The notes below the pieces were generated by a model. The model saw only the letters and a list, made by a program, of their open reading frames with translations, did not search any database and was not told the DNA's origin. A program made the translations under genes and the position numbers. Shown here in pieces: positions 16,371 to 25,517 of a DNA stretch of 64,000 nucleotides (position 1 is the stretch's first letter; each line of letters begins with the position of its first letter). The DNA is from an uncultured virus (IMG/VR IMGVR_UViG_3300037585_005926) (Duplodnaviria > Heunggongvirae > Uroviricota > Caudoviricetes): positions 1 to 64,000 of IMG/VR virus record IMGVR_UViG_3300037585_005926; one strand, 5' to 3'.

Positions 16371-17234
16371 ATGATTGATACTATTGAATCACTCGTCAAG
16401 GATTTTATGCCTTTTGCACAAGAGAAGATGGGGTTTAAAAATCCCCCTAGACTATTCTTGAAGAAAGACGCGTCAAACGCTAGCGACCCACTCGGCCGTA
16501 CTGCGTTCTATGATCCGCAAGAGAATTCAGTTACACTATACATTACTAACAGGCATCCAAAAGATATTATGCGCTCTTTATCACATGAGTTGGTACATCA
16601 CACACAAAATTGTCGTGGTGATTTTAACAATATCGACGAAATGGAAGAAGGGTATGCTCAGAATGATGAGCACCTTCGGGAAATGGAGCGTGAAGCATAT
16701 GAAAAAGGAAATATGTGCTTTAGAGACTGGGAAGATAGTGTAAAATATACTATCAAATACGAACATCTACAAAAAGGAGATAAAAAGATGTCTATAAAAG
16801 ATTGGAAAAACAAAGAGGTGAGAGGTTTATTAGCAGAGGCGTGGGGATTTAAATTCAACACTCTGCAAGAGTTTGACGAGTTCAACGGTACCGGTGAGGT
16901 TCAGGAAGAAATTGCTGACGTCGACGAATCCGCTGATGCAGAAGTGCAAGAAGAAGGCGGCTCAGGTCGTGCGGATCCGGTTCGACAAAAGAGTGATCGG
17001 ATTCAGCCGGATAGGACTAGGCCAATGGAGGAATCCGAAGGCGACGATGAAGATGCGGATAAGGAAGAGTTGGACGAAGCTGAAGTTCAAGAAGAGGGCG
17101 AAATGCCTATGAAGAAGGACGCCGACGATGCTGACGGTGATGGCGACACTGAAGACGAGGTACCTGCATTCTTGAAGAAAGAACACCTTCAAGAGGCAAT
17201 TGCCAAAATGCTTCGCAAACACCTTAGAGGCTAA
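16371..17234 (+). CDS. zincin-like metallopeptidase domain with acidic C-terminal region
   Basis: RSLSHELVHHTQ (HExxH), downstream EREAY; Glu/Asp-rich tail. Confidence 0.75.
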   Translation: MIDTIESLVKDFMPFAQEKMGFKNPPRLFLKKDASNASDPLGRTAFYDPQENSVTLYITNRHPKDIMRSLSHELVHHTQNCRGDFNNIDEMEEGYAQNDEHLREMEREAYEKGNMCFRDWEDSVKYTIKYEHLQKGDKKMSIKDWKNKEVRGLLAEAWGFKFNTLQEFDEFNGTGEVQEEIADVDESADAEVQEEGGSGRADPVRQKSDRIQPDRTRPMEESEGDDEDADKEELDEAEVQEEGEMPMKKDADDADGDGDTEDEVPAFLKKEHLQEAIAKMLRKHLRG

Positions 17235-17332
17235 ACCAATGACCGGTAAGTATAAAAATTGAACTTAAGAAATCGCAATCGCGCTTTGTTAAAAAACTTT
17301 TATTACTACAATATTTTACAAAGGAACAACAC

Positions 17333-17584
17333 ATGTCATTAAATTCACAATGGAGCGATTTTCTTAATGAAAGTCTTGATGAAAAAAACATCTTTACCTA
17401 TATTCAAGGTCTCCAGGAAATAATTTCCAATCTTAAACCAAGAACTATCACTGAAAAGAGAAGACTTCAACTTGCGAAGACTCATCTACGTGAAGTCAAA
17501 AGATTTGCACGTAGAATGGAAAATGATATGTCTGTTCTACAGGAAAAATTAAATATAATAGAAGAATCCAAGGACACTGAATAA
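17333..17584 (+). CDS. putative head-associated coiled-coil protein
   Basis: MSLNSQWSDFLNE N-terminus; AAGGA upstream. Confidence 0.65.
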   Translation: MSLNSQWSDFLNESLDEKNIFTYIQGLQEIISNLKPRTITEKRRLQLAKTHLREVKRFARRMENDMSVLQEKLNIIEESKDTE

Positions 17585-19773
17585 TGGGCGGTGTAGCTGG
17601 ACATATGGCACACTTATCTGAGGATACTGATTTAACCTTTAACGAGATTGTCAGTATCCTCAGTCAGGTTGCTAATGCAGAAATTACAAATGCTACCGAA
17701 AAAGTCGATGGTCAGAATTTATTCTTAACTGTTGATTCAGCCGGAGAGATAAAGACCGCGCGGAATAGTGGAGATATTAAGAAGGGTGGGATGACCACTG
17801 ACGAATATATCAGCAAGTGGGCCGGCCACCCAGCAGAGAATGCCTTTACAAACGGTTTTAAAGCCGTCTCAGCGGCTTTGCGCAAGCTTAGCCCAGAAGA
17901 CCTAGAGGCTATCTTTGCAGACGGCCAGAGGTACGTTAATATGGAAATAATGTACCCTAACAATCCTAACATTATTTTATATTCCTCGCCCAACATCGTC
18001 TTGCATGGATTGCAATATTTTGGAAGTGAAGAAGAGTCTCCAGAAATGAGACAAATAACTAAACAGAAATTTATTAAACTAGATAATCTTATTGATGGAG
18101 CTTCCGAAAAAGTCGGAGAAGAAGAGTGGGCTGTAAATGGCCCTAAGCTTGTTGCTCTCAAGAATATTGCTGATGGTTCTGCGCTAGAAGATGTGACAAC
18201 AAAGATTGAATCATTTGCTGCACCTGTTGGCATGGAAGCCACTTTGGGCGATTATATAGAACAAGTAGTCAGAGGTTATGGCGAGCAAGTAGGCTTGCCG
18301 TCTGATATCACGGACAAATTGGTCCTGTTGATGTTGAATCCTGAAGAGGCCAAGGAGCGTGGAATTAATGTGGTTGGTCTCAAAAAAGGTCTCCCGAAAG
18401 AACTGCAGGCTACAGTTTCAAATCTTGGTTCCAAAACTAAATCTAGAAAATACATAGCCGGTGTTTTAAAGCCTCTTGAGGTTGCTATTAGCGACTTTGC
18501 CATCGAAGTACTTCGTGGAGTAAAGAGTTACTTTGTCAGCGACAATGACCAAGAGGTTGCGCGCATGAGAGCCGAACTAGAACAGTCGATTGCTTATCTT
18601 AAAAATCTTCAAGCATCTGGCGATGAAAAGATGGGCGCACTTATTGATGTTCAGTTGGCGAAACTGGGAGATATTGAAAATCTCGCTTCTTCTATGGAAG
18701 GGGTGGTATTTGAATATCCACCGGGTTCTGATAAGATTTATAAATTGACTGGTGCTTTTGCCATGGCCAATCAAATCATCGGTCGCGCGAGGCGCTCTGG
18801 GATGACTGAAGACGAAGAAGAGATAGAGTTAGATATTGTAGACGATGAATCGGATGATCCTGTAGTGGATGCCGGCTATCCCAAGACTGTAGCCATTGTT
18901 CCGGGCGCATTTAAGCCACCTCACAAGGGGCATCTAGATATGGTACGAAAGTACGCTAGTAAGGCAGATGAAGTAATCGTGTTAGTTTCTGTACCATTAA
19001 ATAACAGCCGGACTCTCCCAAATGGAAAACCAATATCTACTGATGATTCTTTACAAATTTGGAATTTATTAGCACAAGATCTTGGAAATGTCAAAATCGG
19101 ATTATACGATGACTCTGCTGTTCGTTCACCGATTAGTGCAGCATATGCAATTGCGGGATCGCCAAGTGAAAGAGAGGCGGCTTCTACAAAAGTCGAACCC
19201 AGCATATCGCCCATTCGCCCGGGGAGCAAGATTATTCTTGGTGCCAGCACTAAGGACGGTGATGCAGGGCGTTGGAAAGGGGCCGAAAAATATGTTGGTG
19301 GTGGTGAAGCCGGAGATCTTGAATTATTAAGTCCAGAAGAAACCGCGGTTGAACCATCGCAACACTCTGGGGGATATATGAAGTTATTAGCAGTGGAGGC
19401 TGAAAAAGGCTCTGACTTATATAACAATATGCCAAGCGTGAAGAAGGGGAAACCTCCCGGCCAATTCCACGCTAGTGATTTTAGATTCGTATTGGTAGAG
19501 GCCACTAAGAGCGATGTAGCTCGTAAAATGTTAGAAGACTTTGTTGGCGGAGAAAATGTCGACGCTGTATTAGGTATACTTGGTATTGGTGCTGTAGAAG
19601 AAACATCCGCTATGGGTGGTGGCGCTGTGGGAGGGTTCTCGGGCCCTTTGGGATTTACGTCGGGTAAAAAGCGCGAGAAAGCGCAGCAAGACACAATTAT
19701 CAGACAAGAAAATATTGATTTAAATATCGTTGATGAGGTTTTAAGACTAATTAGTGAAAGAGGCATTGTATAA
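17584..19773 (+). CDS. fusion of a ligase-like nucleotidyltransferase domain (KxDG) and an HxGH nucleotidyltransferase domain
   Basis: TEKVDGQN, EGVVF, YKLTG in the N-terminal half; IVPGAFKPPHKGH...HASDFR in the C-terminal half. Confidence 0.7.
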   Translation: MGGVAGHMAHLSEDTDLTFNEIVSILSQVANAEITNATEKVDGQNLFLTVDSAGEIKTARNSGDIKKGGMTTDEYISKWAGHPAENAFTNGFKAVSAALRKLSPEDLEAIFADGQRYVNMEIMYPNNPNIILYSSPNIVLHGLQYFGSEEESPEMRQITKQKFIKLDNLIDGASEKVGEEEWAVNGPKLVALKNIADGSALEDVTTKIESFAAPVGMEATLGDYIEQVVRGYGEQVGLPSDITDKLVLLMLNPEEAKERGINVVGLKKGLPKELQATVSNLGSKTKSRKYIAGVLKPLEVAISDFAIEVLRGVKSYFVSDNDQEVARMRAELEQSIAYLKNLQASGDEKMGALIDVQLAKLGDIENLASSMEGVVFEYPPGSDKIYKLTGAFAMANQIIGRARRSGMTEDEEEIELDIVDDESDDPVVDAGYPKTVAIVPGAFKPPHKGHLDMVRKYASKADEVIVLVSVPLNNSRTLPNGKPISTDDSLQIWNLLAQDLGNVKIGLYDDSAVRSPISAAYAIAGSPSEREAASTKVEPSISPIRPGSKIILGASTKDGDAGRWKGAEKYVGGGEAGDLELLSPEETAVEPSQHSGGYMKLLAVEAEKGSDLYNNMPSVKKGKPPGQFHASDFRFVLVEATKSDVARKMLEDFVGGENVDAVLGILGIGAVEETSAMGGGAVGGFSGPLGFTSGKKREKAQQDTIIRQENIDLNIVDEVLRLISERGIV

Positions 19774-20528
19774 TGAACCAAGAAGAGAAAGTTCTCAGAG
19801 AGAACATAAGACGTTTGATAAGACACGTCAAGCAAAAAAAGCTAAATGAAGAAAATGATTTAAGAGTTGTCATCCAACAGATGATGGACCTAGAATTAAG
19901 TGAAGGCCAAACTCCAGATGTAGATCCTGCTCCTAATAAATCGACCGGCATCAACGTTTTAGAAGAACTCCTTAAGAAGATTATACCAATTATTGAGACA
20001 GATTACAAGTCTTTGACAACAAATTCTGATCAAAGACAGTCTTATCGCGCGCATGTATTGAATGCTGTTGATAATTCTCTGACACCTGCAAGAATAAATA
20101 ATCAAGCTGGTGAGGCCGCTGAGGCTTCAATAGAAGAGATAGAGATCAATGTTGGCGGTAATGAGCCAGACGATAAGTTTATTGATATTAGGACTGATGC
20201 AGAAAAAGCATCCGAAGAGCCTGAAGAAGAAGATCCTCTTGATGGATTCGGTACCGGTGTTGAAGGCGATGAAACTGGTCGCAATATGGCTTATCAAAGT
20301 TACAAGAAAATTGAAACTTCTATTCTTGATTCTTATGAATTGCTGTCGGACCCTGAAGATCAAGAACTGTTTTATGATTACCTTATCGCAAATTTAAAAC
20401 TTTACTTTGAGAAGTTTGAAGAAGAACTGGCGAACCAAGTCGAAGAGCCCACAAATCAGGCTTACGACATGGCCAAGCAAAGTCAGGGTGGTGATCCTGG
20501 CGAAGAAGATATCGAACTGGAGTTATAA
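19773..20528 (+). CDS. acidic hypothetical protein, probably head-associated
   Basis: LRENIRRLI / LNEE motifs; TAATG overlap. Confidence 0.7.
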   Translation: MNQEEKVLRENIRRLIRHVKQKKLNEENDLRVVIQQMMDLELSEGQTPDVDPAPNKSTGINVLEELLKKIIPIIETDYKSLTTNSDQRQSYRAHVLNAVDNSLTPARINNQAGEAAEASIEEIEINVGGNEPDDKFIDIRTDAEKASEEPEEEDPLDGFGTGVEGDETGRNMAYQSYKKIETSILDSYELLSDPEDQELFYDYLIANLKLYFEKFEEELANQVEEPTNQAYDMAKQSQGGDPGEEDIELEL

Positions 20529-20755
20529 TGAGTTTATTAGACGACCTAATAGAAAATATTAGAAAAGCTGATGGCAATACCGATGCCAAAATTGATGAAG
20601 AGTTTCAGTCGAAGGCTTTTGAGACGATGAAGCCGCTGGACCGGTCAACGAAAGCTTTCGAAGCAAAAGCTTCGGCACTACAAAATGCTACTGGCATGGC
20701 TGAAGCAATCGAAACGTATGTTAAAGATTACCTTGCGTCGAAGGGCATTGAATAA
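20528..20755 (+). CDS. hypothetical protein
   Basis: GGAG upstream; TAATG overlap. Confidence 0.65.
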   Translation: MSLLDDLIENIRKADGNTDAKIDEEFQSKAFETMKPLDRSTKAFEAKASALQNATGMAEAIETYVKDYLASKGIE

Positions 20756-20774
20756 AAAACTTTGACTTTTTTAC

Positions 20775-20803
20775 TTGACAAGATCTGAGTTATTGCTTAT
20801 ACT
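20775..20803 (+). promoter_or_regulatory. sigma70-type promoter
   Basis: TTGACA-17 bp-TATACT. Confidence 0.75.
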
Positions 20804-20851
20804 GACAATGTGTTCTGCTTGATAGTATGATAGAATTGCTTGATTGAATTA

Positions 20852-21208
20852 ATGAAAGAACAAACAAAGAATATTACAACTAGATCTAAAAGTATTATAA
20901 AATTACTTAAAGAACAAAATAAATTAAATGATCAAGCGCTAGTATCAATCAACAGTCTAACACTTGAAGATCTAATAGCAGTTAAGTTTGAATTAGCATC
21001 CAGGCACCTTAATAATAGGTTATATGGATTTGATATCTGGAGAGGTTTACCTAATATAATCAAGGAGGCTTCTCTCAAATTTGCTATTTCAGCTACCAAC
21101 TCAAAGATAGATGCGGCCAGATTTTTGGGATTAACGTATTTAGAATTTCTAAATATAAGTAAGAAGTTTCAAATTAATGATTTCTTCGATAATTCAAAAA
21201 CAAGGTAA
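20852..21208 (+). CDS. putative Fis-type HTH DNA-binding protein
   Basis: C-terminal NSKIDAARFLGLTYLEF resembles a Fis-like HTH. Confidence 0.55.
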   Translation: MKEQTKNITTRSKSIIKLLKEQNKLNDQALVSINSLTLEDLIAVKFELASRHLNNRLYGFDIWRGLPNIIKEASLKFAISATNSKIDAARFLGLTYLEFLNISKKFQINDFFDNSKTR

Positions 21209-21215
21209 CACTAAA

Positions 21216-21794
21216 ATGATATATTTATTACTTCTCTTGGCATGCGGTGCTGATTTAAAGGTGGGGGACCATGATATTGATCCCGAACTTATAGAAGAAG
21301 AGGTACCTCCGCTGGGTATTTCTGTAGATGATGACTGTAGCCAAGAAGCAATTGGTGAAAAAGCATGTAACATCGTACTACTTGATCAAAATAGTGAAGT
21401 TTGGCAGCTATATAAACAAGAAGATAAGGTGGTAGTATTAGATTTTAGTACCAGTTGGTGTCCACCTTGCCAAGCCGCCGGCTACAAGACACAATCCTTG
21501 CAGGATGAGTACAATGGTGAGGTTGTTGTGACCACCATATTGATTGATGGATATGAAGCCGGTATACCAGCAACCAGCACTGATGTTGAAGAGTGGGCTG
21601 ACACTCACAATATTACTTCTGCTCCAGTGCTTCAAGGCTCGCGAGAAATGATGTTTGACAGTCAGGGAATTAATGGTTATGCTATAGGAGCATTCCCTAC
21701 CTATATTTATCTAGATCGTGATGGTTTAATATACCTAGGACATTCAGGGTATAGCGAAGAATACGTCAAACAAACTATCGAGGAAATATTATAA
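21216..21794 (+). CDS. TlpA/redoxin-family thiol-disulfide lipoprotein
   Basis: Lipobox LLLLAC; VVVLDFSTSWCPPC; FPTYIYLD. Confidence 0.85.
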   Translation: MIYLLLLLACGADLKVGDHDIDPELIEEEVPPLGISVDDDCSQEAIGEKACNIVLLDQNSEVWQLYKQEDKVVVLDFSTSWCPPCQAAGYKTQSLQDEYNGEVVVTTILIDGYEAGIPATSTDVEEWADTHNITSAPVLQGSREMMFDSQGINGYAIGAFPTYIYLDRDGLIYLGHSGYSEEYVKQTIEEIL

Positions 21795-22030
21795 TGTGGA
21801 GAGTATACAAGTGGAATGGTCATTATATCATGGGTGACTTAATCAGTAAGCACTCATCTGAGTCTGCGGCCATGCGTGCTGCAACCAAGAATATTAATTT
21901 TGCAAGTACAGAAAAACACAAAAGCAAAACAGAAATTACCATATGGCTTGATAATGAAAACCACACTCCAGTTGGGGTTATAATAAAGAAACAAAGAAAA
22001 AAAGGGGATGCCACGGCTTCGACAGAGTAA
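21794..22030 (+). CDS. hypothetical protein
   Basis: 78 aa; 3' end overlaps the tmRNA 5' end. Confidence 0.6.
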   Translation: MWRVYKWNGHYIMGDLISKHSSESAAMRAATKNINFASTEKHKSKTEITIWLDNENHTPVGVIIKKQRKKGDATASTE

Positions 22031-22339
22031 GAAAGAAAAATAGTGCAAGCAGGTAAGATACAACCTCAATCGTTCAAAAACAATAATTGCTAATAACAAT
22101 AACCACTTCGAATCTGTCCGCTTAGCGGCTTAATCGGGAGGCCGATTAGAGCCTTCTTTCCAATCTAATCAAACAACAGATAAGTTGCGAAAATCAAAAC
22201 CATCTATCGCCACAAGACGGTAAGCGATAGATTATAGCCGTCTACCCATTCAGTTAGGGGATATAAAAACTGATAAGCTTGTGAATGACTACAATTGGAC
22301 TTATTCTGGACGCGGGTTCGACTCCCGCCGTCTCCACCA
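22004..22339 (+). ncRNA. ssrA: tmRNA
   Basis: 5' GGGGATG...TTCGAC; 3' GACGCGGGTTCGACTCCCGCCGTCTCCACCA; G3-U acceptor pair; tag ORF 22089-22133 ANNNNHFESVRLAA*; pseudoknot ATCTATCGC/GCGATAGAT with AGACGG/CCGTCT. Confidence 0.95.
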
Positions 22340-22353
22340 TATAAAGGAAAAAT

Positions 22354-22557
22354 ATGTTTATATTTGACTGGTTTAGAAAAAAAGAGAGTATTAAAGATAC
22401 CATAGAACCTACATTTGATTTCAAAGACAATTTAGAGATTGCTTTGTGGGATATCAAAGAAAAATACGATCTTGAAACTGAAGAAGTAGAAAAGACCGTT
22501 TTTGAAAAAAGAAATAACATTAATTACATGAACGATCATATAAAAAACAAAAAGTAA
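22354..22557 (+). CDS. hypothetical protein
   Basis: AAGGA upstream, 67 aa. Confidence 0.6.
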   Translation: MFIFDWFRKKESIKDTIEPTFDFKDNLEIALWDIKEKYDLETEEVEKTVFEKRNNINYMNDHIKNKK

Positions 22558-22570
22558 AATAAATACTTAT

Positions 22571-23059
22571 ATGAAGATATCGATAGCATTTTATAAAGGT
22601 AAAGGCGGCCGTCTTCATAACATCATAAGATGGTGGACTAAAAGCATATACAGTCATGCAGAGTTAATACTACCAGACCAAACTTGGATCAGCATCAGCC
22701 CACTCTATAACTCTAAAATAGAAAGTAAAAGAAAGTTATTAGTAGATAACCTACAGTGGGATTTTGTGCCCTTAGATATTGATAGTGAACAGTTGCAGAC
22801 AATATTAGACTTTTTTAAAGAGACAGAGGGGTGTGGTTATGACTGGGTAGGCATGCTGCTTTCTCAATTTCTACCCTTCCATATAAAGAGAAAAGGAAAA
22901 TGGTACTGTAGTGAGTGGATAGCATATGCCCTCAGGATTGCGTGCGTTGTTGACTGGAAGATTATTAAAATCTATGACAGAGCAGATTTATCGCCGGGCG
23001 TTCTACATAACATTGTCGAGAAAGTAAACAGTGATAAAGCTAAGAAAATACAAAGTTGA
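22571..23059 (+). CDS. permuted papain-like (NlpC/P60, YiiX-like) hydrolase
   Basis: YSHAEL...GYDW...KWYCSEWIA, with His before Cys. Confidence 0.75.
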   Translation: MKISIAFYKGKGGRLHNIIRWWTKSIYSHAELILPDQTWISISPLYNSKIESKRKLLVDNLQWDFVPLDIDSEQLQTILDFFKETEGCGYDWVGMLLSQFLPFHIKRKGKWYCSEWIAYALRIACVVDWKIIKIYDRADLSPGVLHNIVEKVNSDKAKKIQS

Positions 23060-23240
23060 TGAGTGGGTCATTTATGATCCATTTCCTATGGATAAAACCC
23101 AAAGCGGCTATGGCCAGCGCGCTGTTATTTTGAGTATTTGTGAACAAGGTGACTTTTATGATTACAGAATATACGTTGAAAAGACGGGCAAATTCAAGTC
23201 AGTTAAAGAAGAGTCCTTATTCTCTTTAAAAGAAGATTAA
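23031..23240 (+). CDS. VGDLV-family-like small protein
   Basis: KYKVDEWVIY...RAVILS...YRIY. Confidence 0.55.
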   Translation: MIKLRKYKVDEWVIYDPFPMDKTQSGYGQRAVILSICEQGDFYDYRIYVEKTGKFKSVKEESLFSLKED

Positions 23241-23292
23241 AATTTGTGTTATACTCAGAAAGAAAGAATGTTAGTATAACTCCGGAGTAACA

Positions 23293-24084
23293 ATGCACAA
23301 TTTAGTTTTATTTGACGTAGATGGAACGCTTACTGAATCTAGGCGCCCAATAAAAACAAAAATGCTTAAAGCGCTGAGGGCGCTAGCACGGCATGCCGAG
23401 ATTGGATTCCTAACTGGTAGCGGCCTGGAATACATCAAGGAACAACTTTGGCCGGCCCTCAATGATCCGATAATTAAAAAGAATTGCCACTTGCTCCCCT
23501 GTAATGGTACAGAATACTTAATAACAGAAGGCGATGAAGAGATAATTTTTAATCAACTCTCGAAAGAAAATATGGAAGAATACCTAACTCCTGAGAAGAT
23601 GCATATTCTGATGAGGCTATTATGTGAGCTACAGGATGATATAGCCCATCAATATGAGATTCCTTTAACCGGAAACTTTATAAACAATCGGTTTTCAATG
23701 GTCAACTGGTGTCCTATCGGTAGAAACGCTAACCAAGAACAGCGCGCCTTTTTTGAAAATTTGGATAATGAAGACAGCCTTCGAAGCACTTATATTAAAA
23801 AATTAAAATATGATATCGAGCGATGTGACATTGATGTAACGGTGAAGCTGGGCGGAGATACTTCTTTTGATATCTATCCAACTGGGTGGGATAAAACGTT
23901 TGCGCTGAAACACTTCGATAACCCAGATTGGAACTTTTGGTTTGTAGGAGATCGTTGCTATCCAAATGGTAACGATTACGAGATATTTACACATTTAGCG
24001 CATACTGGCCGCGCCTTTGAAACAAGCGGCCCAGCCGAAACATTAGAGATAATAGATTTTTACATTTTAAGAGATTTACTTTAA
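23293..24084 (+). CDS. HAD-IIB phosphomannomutase (eukaryote-type PMM family)
   Basis: LFDVDGTLT, NWCPIGRNA, GGDTSFDIYPTGWDKT, FVGDRCYPNGNDYEI. Confidence 0.88.
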   Translation: MHNLVLFDVDGTLTESRRPIKTKMLKALRALARHAEIGFLTGSGLEYIKEQLWPALNDPIIKKNCHLLPCNGTEYLITEGDEEIIFNQLSKENMEEYLTPEKMHILMRLLCELQDDIAHQYEIPLTGNFINNRFSMVNWCPIGRNANQEQRAFFENLDNEDSLRSTYIKKLKYDIERCDIDVTVKLGGDTSFDIYPTGWDKTFALKHFDNPDWNFWFVGDRCYPNGNDYEIFTHLAHTGRAFETSGPAETLEIIDFYILRDLL

Positions 24085-24096
24085 GGAGAAAACAAA

Positions 24097-24576
24097 ATGA
24101 ATGAAGAAAAGAAAAAAACAGTTATGGTATCCGGCGGATTTGATCCGGTACATGTTGGACACATCCGAATGATTAGAGACGCAGCACAACACGGAGATGT
24201 GATTGTTGTGGCAAACTCTGATAACTGGTTACATAGAAAGAAGGGCTTTGTTTTTATGGAGTTTGAAAAGCGTTCTGAAATTCTTAGCGCAATAAAGGGT
24301 GTTATTATTGTTGACTCAGTAGACGATACCGATGGCACTGTCTGTGAAGCAATTCGCCGCCATGCTCCGGACTACTTTGCTAATGGCGGCGATCGTGGGA
24401 AAACCAATACGCCGGAACAGTCAGTTTGCGAAGAAATGGGAGTGGAACTCCTGTGGGGAGTAGGTGGAGATTACAAGGCCGACGCTTCTTCTAACCTTGT
24501 TAACCGGTTCCGAAAAGAACAAGAAAAACAACAACCTGCTCAACAAAGGAACACTATTAAGCACTCCAGCCGATAG
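24097..24576 (+). CDS. cytidylyltransferase/adenylyltransferase (TagD/RfaE-II-like)
   Basis: VSGGFDPVHVGH, ANSD, FANGGDR. Confidence 0.88.
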   Translation: MNEEKKKTVMVSGGFDPVHVGHIRMIRDAAQHGDVIVVANSDNWLHRKKGFVFMEFEKRSEILSAIKGVIIVDSVDDTDGTVCEAIRRHAPDYFANGGDRGKTNTPEQSVCEEMGVELLWGVGGDYKADASSNLVNRFRKEQEKQQPAQQRNTIKHSSR

Positions 24577-24633
24577 CCAATGCTTGACAAGTGCGATAGA
24601 ACTAGTTAAATTCAGTAATAGGATTTTTTATTC

Positions 24634-25170
24634 TTGGACCCTGCAATATCAAATACTAAAACTTTGAAGTTGGATTCTTCTTATAGGCCTCTTGAGATTG
24701 TAGAGGCTACGGAGGCTCTGGTATTGTGCTTAATAGGTAAGGCCTATGCAATAGAGAATCACACTCAAGAGATAAGGTCGATATCGGAAACGTTTAGGCT
24801 ACCAGCCGTTATAGTGCTGACAAGATATGTTAAATTTAAGTTTAAAACAATGACTTGTAAACGCAATAACATAATTTGGAGAGACAACAACAAATGTCAA
24901 TACTGTGCTAAAGATTTCGAGAACGACTCTTTAACCATTGACCATGTGATACCGAAAAGTAAGGGTGGTAAGGATAGCTGGCTCAACTTAGTTGCAGCGT
25001 GTAAAAAATGTAATCAGAAAAAAGGTGCGAACACTCCAACACAGGCCGGGATGAAGCTAATCAGAGAACCGTTTAAACCTCAAACTAACGTTCTTCGGAC
25101 CATCGGCAAAGAAGAAATAAGCAATCTTTGGACAGATTACTTGTGGGATAAAAAGAATGATACGCAATGA
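24634..25170 (+). CDS. HNH endonuclease
   Basis: RD..KCQYC, LTIDHVIPKSKGG, NLVAACKKCNQKKG. Confidence 0.92.
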   Translation: MDPAISNTKTLKLDSSYRPLEIVEATEALVLCLIGKAYAIENHTQEIRSISETFRLPAVIVLTRYVKFKFKTMTCKRNNIIWRDNNKCQYCAKDFENDSLTIDHVIPKSKGGKDSWLNLVAACKKCNQKKGANTPTQAGMKLIREPFKPQTNVLRTIGKEEISNLWTDYLWDKKNDTQ

Positions 25171-25411
25171 AGAGCCAATAATCTGCTATTTTTCAGAAAA
25201 AGGTCATAACAACTTTTATTATGCCAGCGCCAACAGAGGAATAATAAAACAAAATTGTTTTTATGAATTATTGCCATGGGTTGCTACTGATAAAACTCTT
25301 GTTGCGGTAAAAATAAAAAATAAATGCGTATTACCATTGACAATCGATGAAAATAATGTTAAAGATATAATATCAAGCAACAATAATATTGTTGTTTGGA
25401 TTGAAAAGTAA
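25157..25411 (+). CDS. hypothetical protein
   Basis: 84-aa ORF overlapping the upstream gene. Confidence 0.55.
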   Translation: MIRNEEPIICYFSEKGHNNFYYASANRGIIKQNCFYELLPWVATDKTLVAVKIKNKCVLPLTIDENNVKDIISSNNNIVVWIEK

Positions 25412-25415
25412 CAAT

Positions 25416-25492
25416 TGCCCCTTAGCTCAGTTGGTTAGAGCATCTGACTGTTAATCAGAGGGTCCGCAGTTCAAGTCTGCGAGGGGCAGCCA
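25416..25492 (+). tRNA. tRNA-Asn(GTT)
   Basis: TGCCCCT/AGGGGCA acceptor, TCTGA-CTGTTAA-TCAGA anticodon arm, CGCAG-TTCAAGT-CTGCG, encoded CCA. Confidence 0.95.
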
Positions 25493-25517
25493 TCTTGACT
25501 AACTAAAAGGAGAAAAA

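Noticed and set aside
22254..22520. Minus-strand ORF containing MVETAGVEPAS
   Set aside because: Antisense translation of the tmRNA T-arm and acceptor stem
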